This document shows positions 1 to 14,089 of a DNA stretch of 64,000 nucleotides, piece by piece (position 1 is the stretch's first letter; every line of letters begins with the position of its first letter). The DNA is taken from the NCBI RefSeq assembly GCF_009914755.1, contig NC_060933.1; one strand, 5' to 3'. A model generated the notes under the pieces. The model was not told the DNA's origin. It did not search any database and saw only the letters and a program-made list of their open reading frames with translations. Both the position numbers and the translations under genes were made by a program. This stretch comes from the human T2T-CHM13v2.0 reference genome, Homo sapiens.

Positions 1-105
1 GGAATGGAACGGAACGGAATGGAATGGAATGGAATGGAATGGAATGGAATGGAATGGAATCAACGCGAGTGCAGGGGAATGGCATGGAATGGAATACAAT
101 GGAAT

Positions 106-120
106 GGAATCTTCCGGAAT
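106..120. promoter_or_regulatory. Canonical heat-shock element (nGAAn-nTTCn-nGAAn), representative left-arm copy
   Basis: GGAAT CTTCC GGAAT matches the three-pentamer inverted HSF1 consensus exactly. About 22 copies on the left arm. Function is not shown by sequence. Confidence 0.6.
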
Positions 121-3100
121 GGAATGGAATGGAATGGAATGGAATGGAATGAAATGCAATGGATTCAACACGATTGCAATGGAATGGAATAGAATGGAAT
201 GGAATGGAATGGAATGGGATTAACCCGAATAGAATGGAATGGAATGGAATGGAATGGAACGGAATGCAACGGAATGGAATGGAATGGAATGGAATGGAAT
301 GGTATGGAATGGAATGGAATGGTACGGAATAGAATGGAATGGAACGAATTGTAATGGAATGCAATTGAATGGAATGGAATGGAATCAACGCGAGTGCAGG
401 GGAATGTAATGGAATGGAATTGAATGGAATGGAATGGAATGGAATGGAATCAACGCGAGTGCAGGGGAATGTAATGGAACGGAATGCAATGGAATGGAAT
501 CATCCGGAATGGAATGGAATGGAATGGAATGGAATGGAATCAACCCGAATGCAATGGAATGGAGTGGAATGGAATGGAATGGAATGGAACAACCCGAATG
601 GAATGGAATGTAATGGAGAGTAAGGGAGTTGAATAGAATCAATCCGAATGTAATGGAATGCAATGCAACGGAATGGAATGGAATGGAATGGTATGGAATG
701 GAATGGAATGGAATGGTATGCAAAGGAATGGAATCAACCCGAGTGGAATGGCATGGAATGGAATGCAATGGATTGGAATGGAATGGAATCAACTCGAGTG
801 GAAAGGAATGGAATGGAATGGAAAGGAAAGGAATGAAGTCAACTCGAGTGGAATGGAATGGAATGGAATGGATTGGAATGGATTGCAATGGAATGAAATG
901 GAATGGAATGGAATGGAATCAATCATGGAAGGGAATGTAATGGAGTGGAAAGAAGGGAATGGAATCAACCCGAGTGGAATGCAAGGCAATGGAATGGAAT
1001 GGAAAGGAATGGAATGGAATCAGCTCGATTGCAATGGAATGGAATGGAATGGAATGGAATGGAATGGAATGGAATTAACCGGAATAGAATGGAATGGAAT
1101 GGAATGGAACGGAATGGAATGGAATGGAAGGGAATGGAATCAACACGAGTGCAGGGAAATGGAATGGAATGGAATGCAATGGAATGGAATCATCCGGAAT
1201 GGAATGGAATGGAATGGAATCAACTCCATTGCAATGGAATGGAATGGAATGGAATGGAATAAAATGGAATGGAATTAACCCGAATAGAATGGAATGCAAT
1301 AGAATGGAATGCAACGGAACCGAATGGAGTGGAATGGAATGGAATGGAATCAACCCGAGTACAGGGGAATGGAATGGAATGGAATGCAATGGAATGGAGT
1401 CATCCGTAGTGGAATGGAATGGAATGAAAGGCAATGGATTCAACTCGATTGCAATGGAATGGAATAGAATGGAATGGAATGGAATGGAATTTAATGGAAT
1501 GGAATGCCTTCAAACCAAATGGAATGGAAAGAATGGAATCAACACTAGTGGAAACGAATGGAATGGAAAGGAATGGAATGGAATGGAATGGTACGGAATA
1601 GAACGGAATGGAACGAACAGGAATGGAATGGAATGGAATGGAATGGAATGGAATGGAATCGTTCCGAGTGGAATAGGAGGGAATGTATTCGAGTGGAATG
1701 GAAAGGAATGGAATCAACTAGAGTGGAATGGAAGGGAATGGAATGGAATGGAAACTAATAGAATGGAATCAACCCGAGTGGAATGGAATGGAAAGGACTG
1801 GAATGGAATGGAATGGAATGGAATGGCATGGAATCAACTCGATTGTAATGGAATGGAATGGAATGGAATGGAATTAACCCGAATACAATGGAATGGAATG
1901 GAATGGAACGGAATGGAGTGGAATGGAATGGAATCAACCCGAGTGCACGGGAATGGAATGGAAAGGAATGCAATGGAATGGAATCATCCGGAATGGAATG
2001 GAATGGAATGGAATGCAAAGCAATGGAATCAACTCGATTGCAATGGAATGGAATGGAATGGAAAGGAATAGAATGGAATCAACCCGAGTGTAATGGAATG
2101 GAAAGGACTGGAATGGAGTGGAATGGAATGGAATGGAATGGAATGGAATGGAATCAACTCGATTGGAATGGAATGGAATGGAATGGAATGGAATGGAATT
2201 AACCCGAATAGAATGGAATGGAATGGAATGGAACGGAATGGAATGGAATGGAATGGAATGGAATCAACCCGACTGCAGTGGAATGGAATGAAATGGAATG
2301 GAATGGAATGGAATCATCCGGAACGGAATGGAATGGAATGGAATGGAATCAACTCGATTGCAATGGAATGGAATGGAATGGAATGGAACAAAATGGAATG
2401 GAATGGAATTAACCGGAATAGAATGGAATGGAATGGAATGGAACGGAACGGAATGGAATGGAATGGAATGGAATGGAATGGAATGGAATGGAATGGAATG
2501 GAATCAACCCGAGTGCAGGGGAATGGAATGGAATGGAATGCAATGGAATGGAATCATCCGGAATGGAATGGAATGGAATGGAATGCAATCAACCTGATGC
2601 AATGGAATGGAGTGGAATGGAATGGAATGGAATGGAAACATCCCAAATGTAATGGAATGTAATGGAGTGTAAGGGAATTGAATAGAATCAATCCGAATGT
2701 AATGGAATGGAATGGAATGAAATGGAAAGGAATGGAATGGAATGGAATGGAATCAACCCGAGTGCAATGGAATGGATTCGAATGGAATGGAATGGAATGG
2801 AATGGATTCAACAAGAGTGGAATGGAAGGGAATGGAATCAACCCGAGTGTAATGGCATGGAATGGAACGGAATGGAATGGGATGGAATGGAATGGTACGG
2901 AATAGAATGGAATGGAATGATATGGAATGGAATGGAATGGAATGGAATGGAATGGAATGGAATGAACCCGTGTGCAATGGAATGGAATGGAATGGAATGG
3001 AATGGATTCAACTCGAATGGAATCAACTCGATTGCAATGGAATGGAATGGAATTGAAAGGAATAGAATGGAATCAACCCGAGTGGAATGGAATGGAAAGG

Positions 3101-5000
3101 ACTGGAATGGAGTGGAATGGAATGGAATGGAATTAACCCGAATAGAATGAAATGGAGCGGAATGGAATGGAATGGAATGGAATGGAATGGAATCAACCCG
3201 AGTGCAGGGGAATGGAATGGAATGGAATGCAATGGAATGAAATCATCCGGAATGGAATGGAATGGAATGGAATGGAATGGAATGGAATCAACTCGATTTC
3301 AATGGAATGGAATGGAATAGAATGGAATGGAATTAACACGAAAGAATGGAATGGAATGGAATGGAATGGAATGGAAAAGAAAGGAATGGAATGGAATGGA
3401 ATGGAATCAACCCAAGTGCAGGGGAATGGAATGCAATGGAATTCAATGGAATGGAATCATCCGGAATGGAATGGAATGGAATGGAATGGAATGGAATTGA
3501 ATGGAATCAACCCGAGTGCAATGGAATGGAGAGGAATGGAATGGAATGGAATGGAAACTACACGAATGGAATGGAATGTAATGGAGTGTAAGGGAATTGA
3601 ATAGAATGAATCCGAATCGAATGGAATGGAATGGAATGGAATGGAATGGAAAGGAATGGAATGTAATGGAATGGAATGGAATGCAATGCCATGGAATCAA
3701 CCCAAGTGCAATCGAATGGAATCGAATGGAATGGAATGCAATGGAATGGATTGAACTTGAATGGAATGGAAAGAATGGAATCATAACGAGTGGAATGGCA
3801 TGGTTTGGAATGGAATGGAATGGAATCAACTCGATTGCAATCGAATGGAATGGAATGGAATTAACCCGAATAGAATGGAATGGAATGGAATGGAATGGAA
3901 TGGAACGGAACGGAATGGAATGGAATGGAATGGAATGGAACGGATCGGAATGGAATGGAATGGAATGGAATGGAATGGAATGGAATGCAATGGAATGGAA
4001 TCTTCCGGAATGGAATGGAATGGAATGGAATAGAATGGAATGGAATGGAATGGAATGGAATGGAATCAACCCGAGTACAGGGGAATGGAATGGAATGTAA
4101 TGCAGTGGAATGGAATCATCCGTAATGGAATGGAAAGGAATGGAATGGAATGGAATGGAATGGAATGCAATGGAATGGAATCTTCCGGAATGGAATAGAA
4201 TGGAATGCAATGGATTCAACTCGATTGCAATGGAATGGAATGGAATGGAATTGAATGCAATGGATTCATCTCTATTGCAATGGAATGGAATAGAATGGAA
4301 TGGAATGGAATGGAATGGAATTAACCCGAATAAAATGGAATGGAATAGAATGGAACGGAACGGAACAGAACGGAATGGAATGGAATGGAATGGAATGGAA
4401 TGGAATGGCATGGAATGGAATGGAATGTACGGAATAGAATGGAATGGAAACAATTGGAATGGAATGGAATCGAATGGAATGGAATGGAATGGAATGGAAT
4501 CAACCCGAGTGCAGGGGAATGTAATGGAACGGAATGTAATGGAATGGAATCATCCGGAATGGAATGGAATGGAATGGAATGGAATGGAATGGAACCAACT
4601 CGATTGTGATGGAATGGAATGGAATGGAATGGAATGGAATGGAATTAACCCGAATACAATGGAATGGAATGGAATGGAACGGAATGGAGTGGAATGGAAT
4701 GGAATCATCCCGAGTGCAGGGGAATGGAATGGAATGGAATGCATTGGAATGGAATCATCCGGAATAGAATGCAAAGCAAAGGAATCAACTCGATTGCAAT
4801 GGAATGGAATGGAATGGAAAGGAATACATTGGAATCAACCCGAGTGGAATGGAATGGAAAGGACTGGAATGGAGTGGAATGGAATGGAATGGAATGGAAT
4901 GGAATCAACTCGATTGGAATGGAATGGAATGGAATGGAATGGAATGGAATGGAATTAACCCGAATAGAATGGAATGGAATGGAATGGAATGGAATGGAAT

Positions 5001-8000
5001 GGAAACTACCCGAATGGAATGGAATGTAATGGAGTGTAAGGGAATTGAATAGAATCAATCCGAATGTAATGGAATGGAATGGAACGGAATGGAATGGAAT
5101 GGAATGGAATGCAATGGAATGGAATGCAATGGAATGGAATCAACCCGAGTGCAATCGAATGGAATCGAATGGAATGGAATGCAATGGAATGGATTCAACT
5201 TGAATGGAATGGAAAGAATGGAATCAACACGAGTGGAAGGGCATGGATTGGAATGCAATGGAATGGAATCAACCCGAGTACAGGGGAATGGAATGGAATG
5301 GAATGCAATAGAATGGAATCATCCGTAATGGAATGGAAAGGAACGGAATGGAATGGAATGGAATGGAATGGAATGGAATGGAATCAACACGATTGCAATC
5401 GAATGGAATGGAATGGAATTAACCCGAATAGAATGGAATGGAATGGAATGGAACGGAACGGAATGGAATGGAATGGAATGGAATGGAATGGAATGGAATG
5501 GAACGGAACGGAACGGAATGGAATGGAATGGAATGGAATGGAATGGAATCAACGCGAGTGCAGGGGAATGGAATGGAATGCAATGCAATGGAATGGAATC
5601 TTCCGGAATGGAATGGAATGGAATGCAATGGAATGGAATTAACCCGAATAGAATGGAATGGAATGGAATGGAACGGAATGGAACGGAACGGAATGGAATG
5701 GAATGGAATGGAATGGAATGGAATGGAATGGTATGGAAAGGAATGGAATGGTACGGAATAGAATGGAATGGAACGAATTGTAATGGAATGGAATTGAATG
5801 GAATGGAATGGAATGGAATGGAATCAACGCGAGTGCAGGGGAATGTAATGGAACGGAATGCAATGGAATGGAATCATCCGGAATGGAATGGAATGGAATG
5901 GAATGGAATGGAATCAACCCGAGTGCAATGGAATGGAGTGGAATGGAATGGAATGGAATGGAACAACCCGAATGGAATGGAATGTAATGGAGAGTAAGGG
6001 AGTTGAATAGAATCAATCCGAATGTAATGGAATGGAATGCAACGGAATGGAATGGAACGGAATGCAATGGAATGGAATGGAATGGAATGCAAAGGAATGG
6101 AATCAACCCGAGTGGAATGGCATGGAATGGAATGCAATGGATTGGAATGGAATGGAATCAACTCGAGTGGAAAGGAATGGAATGGAATGGAAAGGAATGG
6201 AATGAAGTCAACTCGAGTGGAATGGAATGGAATGGAAAGGATTGGAATGGATTGCAATGGAATGAAGTGGAATGGAATGGAATGGAATCAATCATTCCGA
6301 GTGGAATGGAAGGGAATGTAATGCAATGGAAAGAAGGGAATGGAATCAACCCGAGTGGAATGCAAGGCAATGGAATGGAATGGAAAGGAATGGAATGGAA
6401 TCAACTCGATTGCAATGGAATGGAATGGAATGGAATGGAATGGAATGGAATTAACCAGAATAGAATGGAATGGAATGGAATGGAACGGAATGGAATGGAA
6501 TGGAAGGGAATGGAATCAACACGAGTGCAGGGGAATGGAATGGAATGGAATGCAATGGAATGGAATCATCCGTAATGGAATGGAGAGGAATGGAATGGAA
6601 TGGAATGGAATAGAATGGAATGGAATGGAATCAACTCGATTGCAGTCGAAAGGAATGGAATGGAATTAACCCGAATAGAATGGAATGGAATGGAATGGAA
6701 CGGAACGGAACGGAACGGAACGGAACGGAATGGAATGGAATGGAATGGAATGGAATGGAGCGGAAAGGAATGGAATGGAATGGAATGGAATGGAATGGAA
6801 TGGAATGGAATAGAATCAACGCGAGTGCAGGGGAATGGAATGGAATGGAATGCAATGGAATGGAATCTTCCGGAATGGAATGGAATGGAATGGAATGGAA
6901 CGGAAAAGAATGGAATGGAATGGAATGGAATGGAATGGAATGGAATGCAATGGAATGGAATCTTCCGGAATGGAATGGAATGGAATGGAATGGAATGGAA
7001 TGGAATGGAATCAACCCGAGTGCAATGGAATGGAGTGGAATGGAATGGAATGGAATGGAACAACCCGAATGGAATGTAATGGAGAGTAAGGGAGTTGAAT
7101 AGAGTCAATCCGAATGTAACGGAAAGGAAAGGAACGGAATGGAATTGAATGGAATGGAATGGAATGCAATGGAATGGAATCAACCCGAGTGCAATGGAAT
7201 GGAGAGGAATGGAATGGAATGGAATGGAAACTACCCGAATGGAATGGAATGTAATGGAGTGTAAGGGAATTGAATAGAATCAATCCGAATGTAATGGAAT
7301 GGAATGGAACGGAATGGAATGGAATGGAATGGAATGCAATGGAATGGAATGCAATGGAATGGAATCAACCCGAGTGCAATCGAATGGAATCGAATGGAAT
7401 GGAATGCAATGGAATGGATTCAACTTGAATGGAATGGAAAGAATGGAATCAACACGAGTGGAAGGGCATGGATTGGAATGCAATGGAATGGAATCAACCC
7501 GAGTACAGGGGAATGGAATGGAATGGAATGCAATAGAATGGAATCATCCGTAATGGAATGGAAAGGAATGGAATGGAATGGAATGGAATGGAATGGAATG
7601 GAATGGAATGGAATCAACACGATTGCAATCGAATGGAATGGAATGGAATTAACCCGAATAGAATGGAATGGAATGGAATGGAACGGAATGGAACGGAACG
7701 GAATGGAATGGAATGGAATGGAATGGAATGGAATGGTATGGTATGGAAAGGAATGGAATGGTACGGAATAGAATGGAATGGAACGAATTGTAATGGAATG
7801 GAATTGAATGGAATGGAATGGAATGGAATGGAATCAACGCGAGTGCAGGGGAATGTAATGGAACGGAATGCAATGGAATGGAATCATCCGGAATGGAATG
7901 GAATGGAATGGAATGGAATGGAATCAACCCGAGTGCAATGGAATGGAGTGGAATGGAATGGAATGGAATGGAACAACCCGAATGGAATGGAATGTAATGG

Positions 8001-8040
8001 AGAGTAAGGGAGTTGAATAGAATCAATCCGAATGTAATGG
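5001..8040 (+). repeat. Internal direct repeat inside the 8 kb unit (~5001-6030 vs ~7226-8040)
   Basis: Identical pseudo-ORFs at 5055/7280 and 5074/7299 (offset 2225), then 5639/7649 (offset 2010). The second copy therefore lacks ~215 bp. Confidence 0.8.
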
Positions 8041-11000
8041 AATGGAACGCAACGGAATGGAATGGAATGGAACGGAACGGAATGGAATGGAATGGAATGG
8101 AATGGAATGGAATGGAATGGAATCAACGCGAGTGCAGGGGAATGGCATGGAATGGAATACAATGGAATGGAATCTTCCGGAATGGAATGGAATGGAATGG
8201 AATGGAATGGAATGAAATGCAATGGATTCAACACGATTGCAATGGAATGGAATAGAATGGAATGGAATGGAATGGAATGGGATTAACCCGAATAGAATGG
8301 AATGGAATGGAATGGAATGGAACGGAATGCAACGGAATGGAATGGAATGGAATGGAATGGAATGGAATGGTATGGAATGGAATGGAATGGTACGGAATAG
8401 AATGGAATGGAACGAATTGTAATGGAATGGAATTGAATGGAATGGAATGGAATCAACGCGAGTGCAGGGGAATGTAATGGAATGGAATTGAATGGAATGG
8501 AATGGAATGGAATGGAATCAACGCGAGTGCAGGGGAATGTAATGGAACGGAATGCAATGGAATGGAATCATCCGGAATGGAATGGAATGGAATGGAATGG
8601 AATGGAATCAACCCGAATGCAATGGAATGGAGTGGAATGGAATGGAATGGAATGGAACAACCCGAATGGAATGGAATGTAATGGAGAGTAAGGGAGTTGA
8701 ATAGAATCAATCCGAATGTAATGGAATGCAATGCAACGGAATGGAATGGAATGGAATGGTATGGAATGGAATGGAATGGAATGGTATGCAAAGGAATGGA
8801 ATCAACCCGAGTGGAATGGCATGGAATGGAATGCAATGGATTGGAATGGAATGGAATCAACTCGAGTGGAAAGGAATGGAATGGAATGGAAAGGAAAGGA
8901 ATGAAGTCAACTCGAGTGGAATGGAATGGAATGGAATGGATTGGAATGGATTGCAATGGAATGAAATGGAATGGAATGGAATGGAATCAATCATGGAAGG
9001 GAATGTAATGGAGTGGAAAGAAGGGAATGGAATCAACCCGAGTGGAATGCAAGGCAATGGAATGGAATGGAAAGGAATGGAATGGAATCAGCTCGATTGC
9101 AATGGAATGGAATGGAATGGAATGGAATGGAATGGAATGGAATTAACCGGAATAGAATGGAATGGAATGGAATGGAACGGAATGGAATGGAATGGAAGGG
9201 AATGGAATCAACACGAGTGCAGGGAAATGGAATGGAATGGAATGCAATGGAATGGAATCATCCGGAATGGAATGGAATGGAATGGAATCAACTCCATTGC
9301 AATGGAATGGAATGGAATGGAATGGAATAAAATGGAATGGAATTAACCCGAATAGAATGGAATGCAATAGAATGGAATGCAACGGAACCGAATGGAGTGG
9401 AATGGAATGGAATGGAATCAACCCGAGTACAGGGGAATGGAATGGAATGGAATGCAATGGAATGGAGTCATCCGTAGTGGAATGGAATGGAATGAAAGGC
9501 AATGGATTCAACTCGATTGCAATGGAATGGAATAGAATGGAATGGAATGGAATGGAATTTAATGGAATGGAATGCCTTCAAACCAAATGGAATGGAAAGA
9601 ATGGAATCAACACTAGTGGAAACGAATGGAATGGAAAGGAATGGAATGGAATGGAATGGTACGGAATAGAACGGAATGGAACGAACTGGAATGGAATGGA
9701 ATGGAATGGAATGGAATGGAATGGAATCGTTCCGAGTGGAATAGGAGGGAATGTATTCGAGTGGAATGGAAAGGAATGGAATCAACTAGAGTGGAATGGA
9801 AGGGAATGGAATGGAATGGAAACTAATAGAATGGAATCAACCCGAGTGGAATGGAATGGAAAGGACTGGAATGGAATGGAATGGAATGGAATGGCATGGA
9901 ATCAACTCGATTGTAATGGAATGGAATGGAATGGAATGGAATTAACCCGAATACAATGGAATGGAATGGAATGGAACGGAATGGAGTGGAATGGAATGGA
10001 ATCAACCCGAGTGCACGGGAATGGAATGGAAAGGAATGCAATGGAATGGAATCATCCGGAATGGAATGGAATGGAATGGAATGCAAAGCAATGGAATCAA
10101 CTCGATTGCAATGGAATGGAATGGAATGGAAAGGAATAGAATGGAATCAACCCGAGTGTAATGGAATGGAAAGGACTGGAATGGAGTGGAATGGAATGGA
10201 ATGGAATGGAATGGAATGGAATCAACTCGATTGGAATGGAATGGAATGGAATGGAATGGAATGGAATTAACCCGAATAGAATGGAATGGAATGGAATGGA
10301 ACGGAATGGAATGGAATGGAATGGAATGGAATCAACCCGACTGCAGTGGAATGGAATGAAATGGAATGGAATGGAATGGAATCATCCGGAACGGAATGGA
10401 ATGGAATGGAATGGAATCAACTCGATTGCAATGGAATGGAATGGAATGGAATGGAATAAAATGGAATGGAATGGAATTAACCGGAATAGAATGGAATGGA
10501 ATGGAATGGAACGGAACGGAATGGAATGGAATGGAATGGAATGGAATGGAATGGAATGGAATGGAATCAACCCGAGTGCAGGGGAATGGAATGGAATGGA
10601 ATGCAATGGAATGGAATCATCCGGAATGGAATGGAATGGAATGGAATGCAATCAACCTGATGCAATGGAATTGAGTGGAATGGAATGGAATGGAATGGAA
10701 ACATCCCAAATGTAATGGAATGTAATGGAGTGTAAGGGAATTGAATAGAATCAATCCGAATGTAATGGAATGGAATGGAATGAAATGGAAAGGAATGGAA
10801 TGGAATGGAATGGAATCAACCCGAGTGCAATGGAATGGATTCGAATGGAATGGAATGGAATGGAATGGATTCAACAAGAGTGGAATGGAAGGGAATGGAA
10901 TCAACCCGAGTGTAATGGCATGGAATGGAACGGAATGGAATGGAATGGAATGGAATGGTACGGAATAGAATGGAATGGAATGATATGGAATGGAATGGAA

Positions 11001-14000
11001 TGGAATGGAATGGAATGGAATGGAATGAACCCGTGTGCAATGGAATGGAATGGAATGGAATGGAATGGATTCAACTCGAATGGAATCAACTCGATTGCAA
11101 TGGAATGGAATGGAATTGAAAGGAATAGAATGGAATCAACCCGAGTGGAATGGAATGGAAAGGACTGGAATGGAGTGGAATGGAATGGAATGGAATTAAC
11201 CCGAATAGAATGAAATGGAGCGGAATGGAATGGAATGGAATGGAATGGAATGGAATCAACCCGAGTGCAGGGGAATGGAATGGAATGGAATGCAATGGAA
11301 TGAAATTATCCGGAATGGAATGGAATGGAATGGAATGGAATGGAATGGAATCAACTCGATTTCAATGGAATGGAATGGAATAGAATGGAATGGAATTAAC
11401 ACGAAAGAATGGAATGGAATGGAATGGAATGGAATGGAAAAGAAAGGAATGGAATGGAATGGAATGGAATCAACCCAAGTGCAGGGGAATGGAATGCAAT
11501 GGAATTCAATGGAATGGAATCATCCGGAATGGAATGGTATGGAATGGAATGGAATGGAATTGAATGGAATCAACCCGAGTGCAATGGAATGGAGAGGAAT
11601 GGAATGGAATGGAATGGAAACTACACGAATGGAATGGAATGTAATGGAGTGTAAGGGAATTGAATAGAATGAATCCGAATGGAATGGAATGGAATGGAAT
11701 GGAATGGAATGGAAAGGAATGGAATGTAATGGAATGGAATGGAATGCAATGCCATGGAATCAACCCAAGTGCAATCGAATGGAATCGAATGGAATGGAAT
11801 GCAATGGAATGGATTGAACTTGAATGGAATGGAAAGAATGGAATCATAACGAGTGGAATGGCATGGTTTGGAATGGAATGGAATGGAATCAACTCGATTG
11901 CAATCGAATGGAATGGAATGGAATTAACCCGAATAGAATGGAATGGAATGGAATGGAATGGAACGGAACGGAATGGAATGGAATGGAATGGAATGGAACG
12001 GATCGGAATGGAATGGAATGGAATGGAATGGAATGGAATGGAATGCAATGGAATGGAATCTTCCGGAATGGAATGGAATGGAATGGAATAGAATGGAATG
12101 GAATGGAATGGAATGGAATGGAATCAACCCGAGTACAGGGGAATGGAATGGAATGTAATGCAGTGGAATGGAATCATCCGTAATGGAATGGAAAGGAATG
12201 GAATGGAATGGAATGGAATGGAATGCAATGGAATGGAATCTTCCGGAATGGAATAGAATGGAATGCAATGGATTCAACTCGATTGCAATGGAATGGAATG
12301 GAATGGAATTGAATGCAATGGATTCATCTCTATTGCAATGGAATGGAATAGAATGGAATGGAATGGAATGGAATGGAATTAACCCGAATAAAATGGAATG
12401 GAATAGAATGGAACGGAACGGAACAGAACGGAATGGAATGGAATGGAATGGAATGGAATGGAATGGCATGGAATGGAATGGAATGTACGGAATAGAATGG
12501 AATGGAAACAATTGGAATGGAATGGAATCGAATGGAATGGAATGGAATGGAATGGAATCAACCCGAGTGCAGGGGAATGTAATGGAACGGAATGTAATGG
12601 AATGGAATCATCCGGAATGGAATGGAATGGAATGGAATGGAATGGAATGGAACCAACTCGATTGTGATGGAATGGAATGGAATGGAATGGAATGGAATGG
12701 AATTAACCCGAATACAATGGAATGGAATGGAATGGAACGGAATGGAGTGGAATGGAATGGAATCATCCCGAGTGCAGGGGAATGGAATGGAATGGAATGC
12801 ATTGGAATGGAATCATCCGGAATAGAATGCAAAGCAAAGGAATCAACTCGATTGCAATGGAATGGAATGGAATGGAAAGGAATACATTGGAATCAACCCG
12901 AGTGGAATGGAATGGAAAGGACTGGAATGGAGTGGAATGGAATGGAATGGAATGGAATGGAATCAACTCGATTGGAATGGAATGGAATGGAATGGAATGG
13001 AATGGAATGGAATTAACCCGAATAGAATGGAATGGAATGGAATGGAATGGAATGGAATGGAATTAACCCGAAAACAATGGAATGGAATGGAATGGAATGG
13101 AACGGAACGGAACGGAACGGAATGGAATGGAATGGAATGGAATGGAATGGAATGGAATGGAATCAACCCGACTGCAGGGGAATGGAATGGAATGGAATGC
13201 AATGGAATGGATTTAACTTCAATGGAATGGAAAGAGTGGAATCAACACGAGTGGAATGGCATGGATTGGAATGGAATGGAATGGAATCAACCCGAGTACA
13301 GGGGAATGGAATGGAATGGAATGCAATGGAATGGAATCATCCGTACTGGAATGGAAAGCAATGGAATGGAATGGAATGGAATGGAATGGAATGGAATCAA
13401 CTCGATTGCAGTCGAATGGAATGGAATGGAATTAACCTGAATAGAATTGAATGGAATGGAATGGAACGGAATGGAACGGAATGGAATGGAATGGAATGGA
13501 ATGGAACGGAACGGAATGGAATGGAATGGAATGGAATGGAATGGAATGGAATGGAATGGAATGGAATGGAATGGAATCAACGCGAGTGCAGGGGAATGGA
13601 ATGGAATTGAATGCAATGGAATGGAATCTTCCGGAATGGAATTCAATGGAATGGAATGGAATGGAATGAAATGCAATGGATTCAACTCGATTGCAATGGA
13701 ATGGAATAGAACGGAATGGAATGGAATGGAATAGAATGAACCCGAATAGAATGGAATGGAATGCAATGGAACGGAATGGAACGGAATGGAATGGAATGGA
13801 ATGGAATGGAATGGAATGGTATGGAATGGAATGGAATGGTACGGAATATAATGGAATGTAACTAATTGTAATTTAATGGAATTGAATGGAATGGAATGGA
13901 ATCAACGCGAGTGCAGGGGAATGTAATGGAACGGAATGCAATGGAATGGAATCATCCGGAATGGAATGGAATGGAATGGAATGGAAGGGAATGGAATCAA

Positions 14001-14089
14001 CCCGAGTGCAATGGAATGGAGTGGAATGTTATGGAATGGAATGGAACAACCCGAATGGAATGGAATGTAATGGAATGTAATTGAGTTGA

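Larger units (their letters stand above)
1..13062 (+). repeat. ~8.06 kb tandem duplication (1-5004 repeats at ~8064-13062; complete unit ~5005-13062)
   Basis: Private markers recur at an offset of 8058-8068: AACACTAGTGGAAACG (1541/9609), GAAACATCCCAAATG (~2635/~10698), GGCATGGTTTGG (~3797/~11860), GGATTCATCTCTATTG (4262/12320). The ORF track repeats at the same offset. Confidence 0.92.

Noticed and set aside
1670-1700. Shine-Dalgarno-like AGGAGG and purine-rich possible G4 motifs
   Set aside because: These are recurrent satellite variants in eukaryotic heterochromatin, and four closely spaced GGG tracts are not present.
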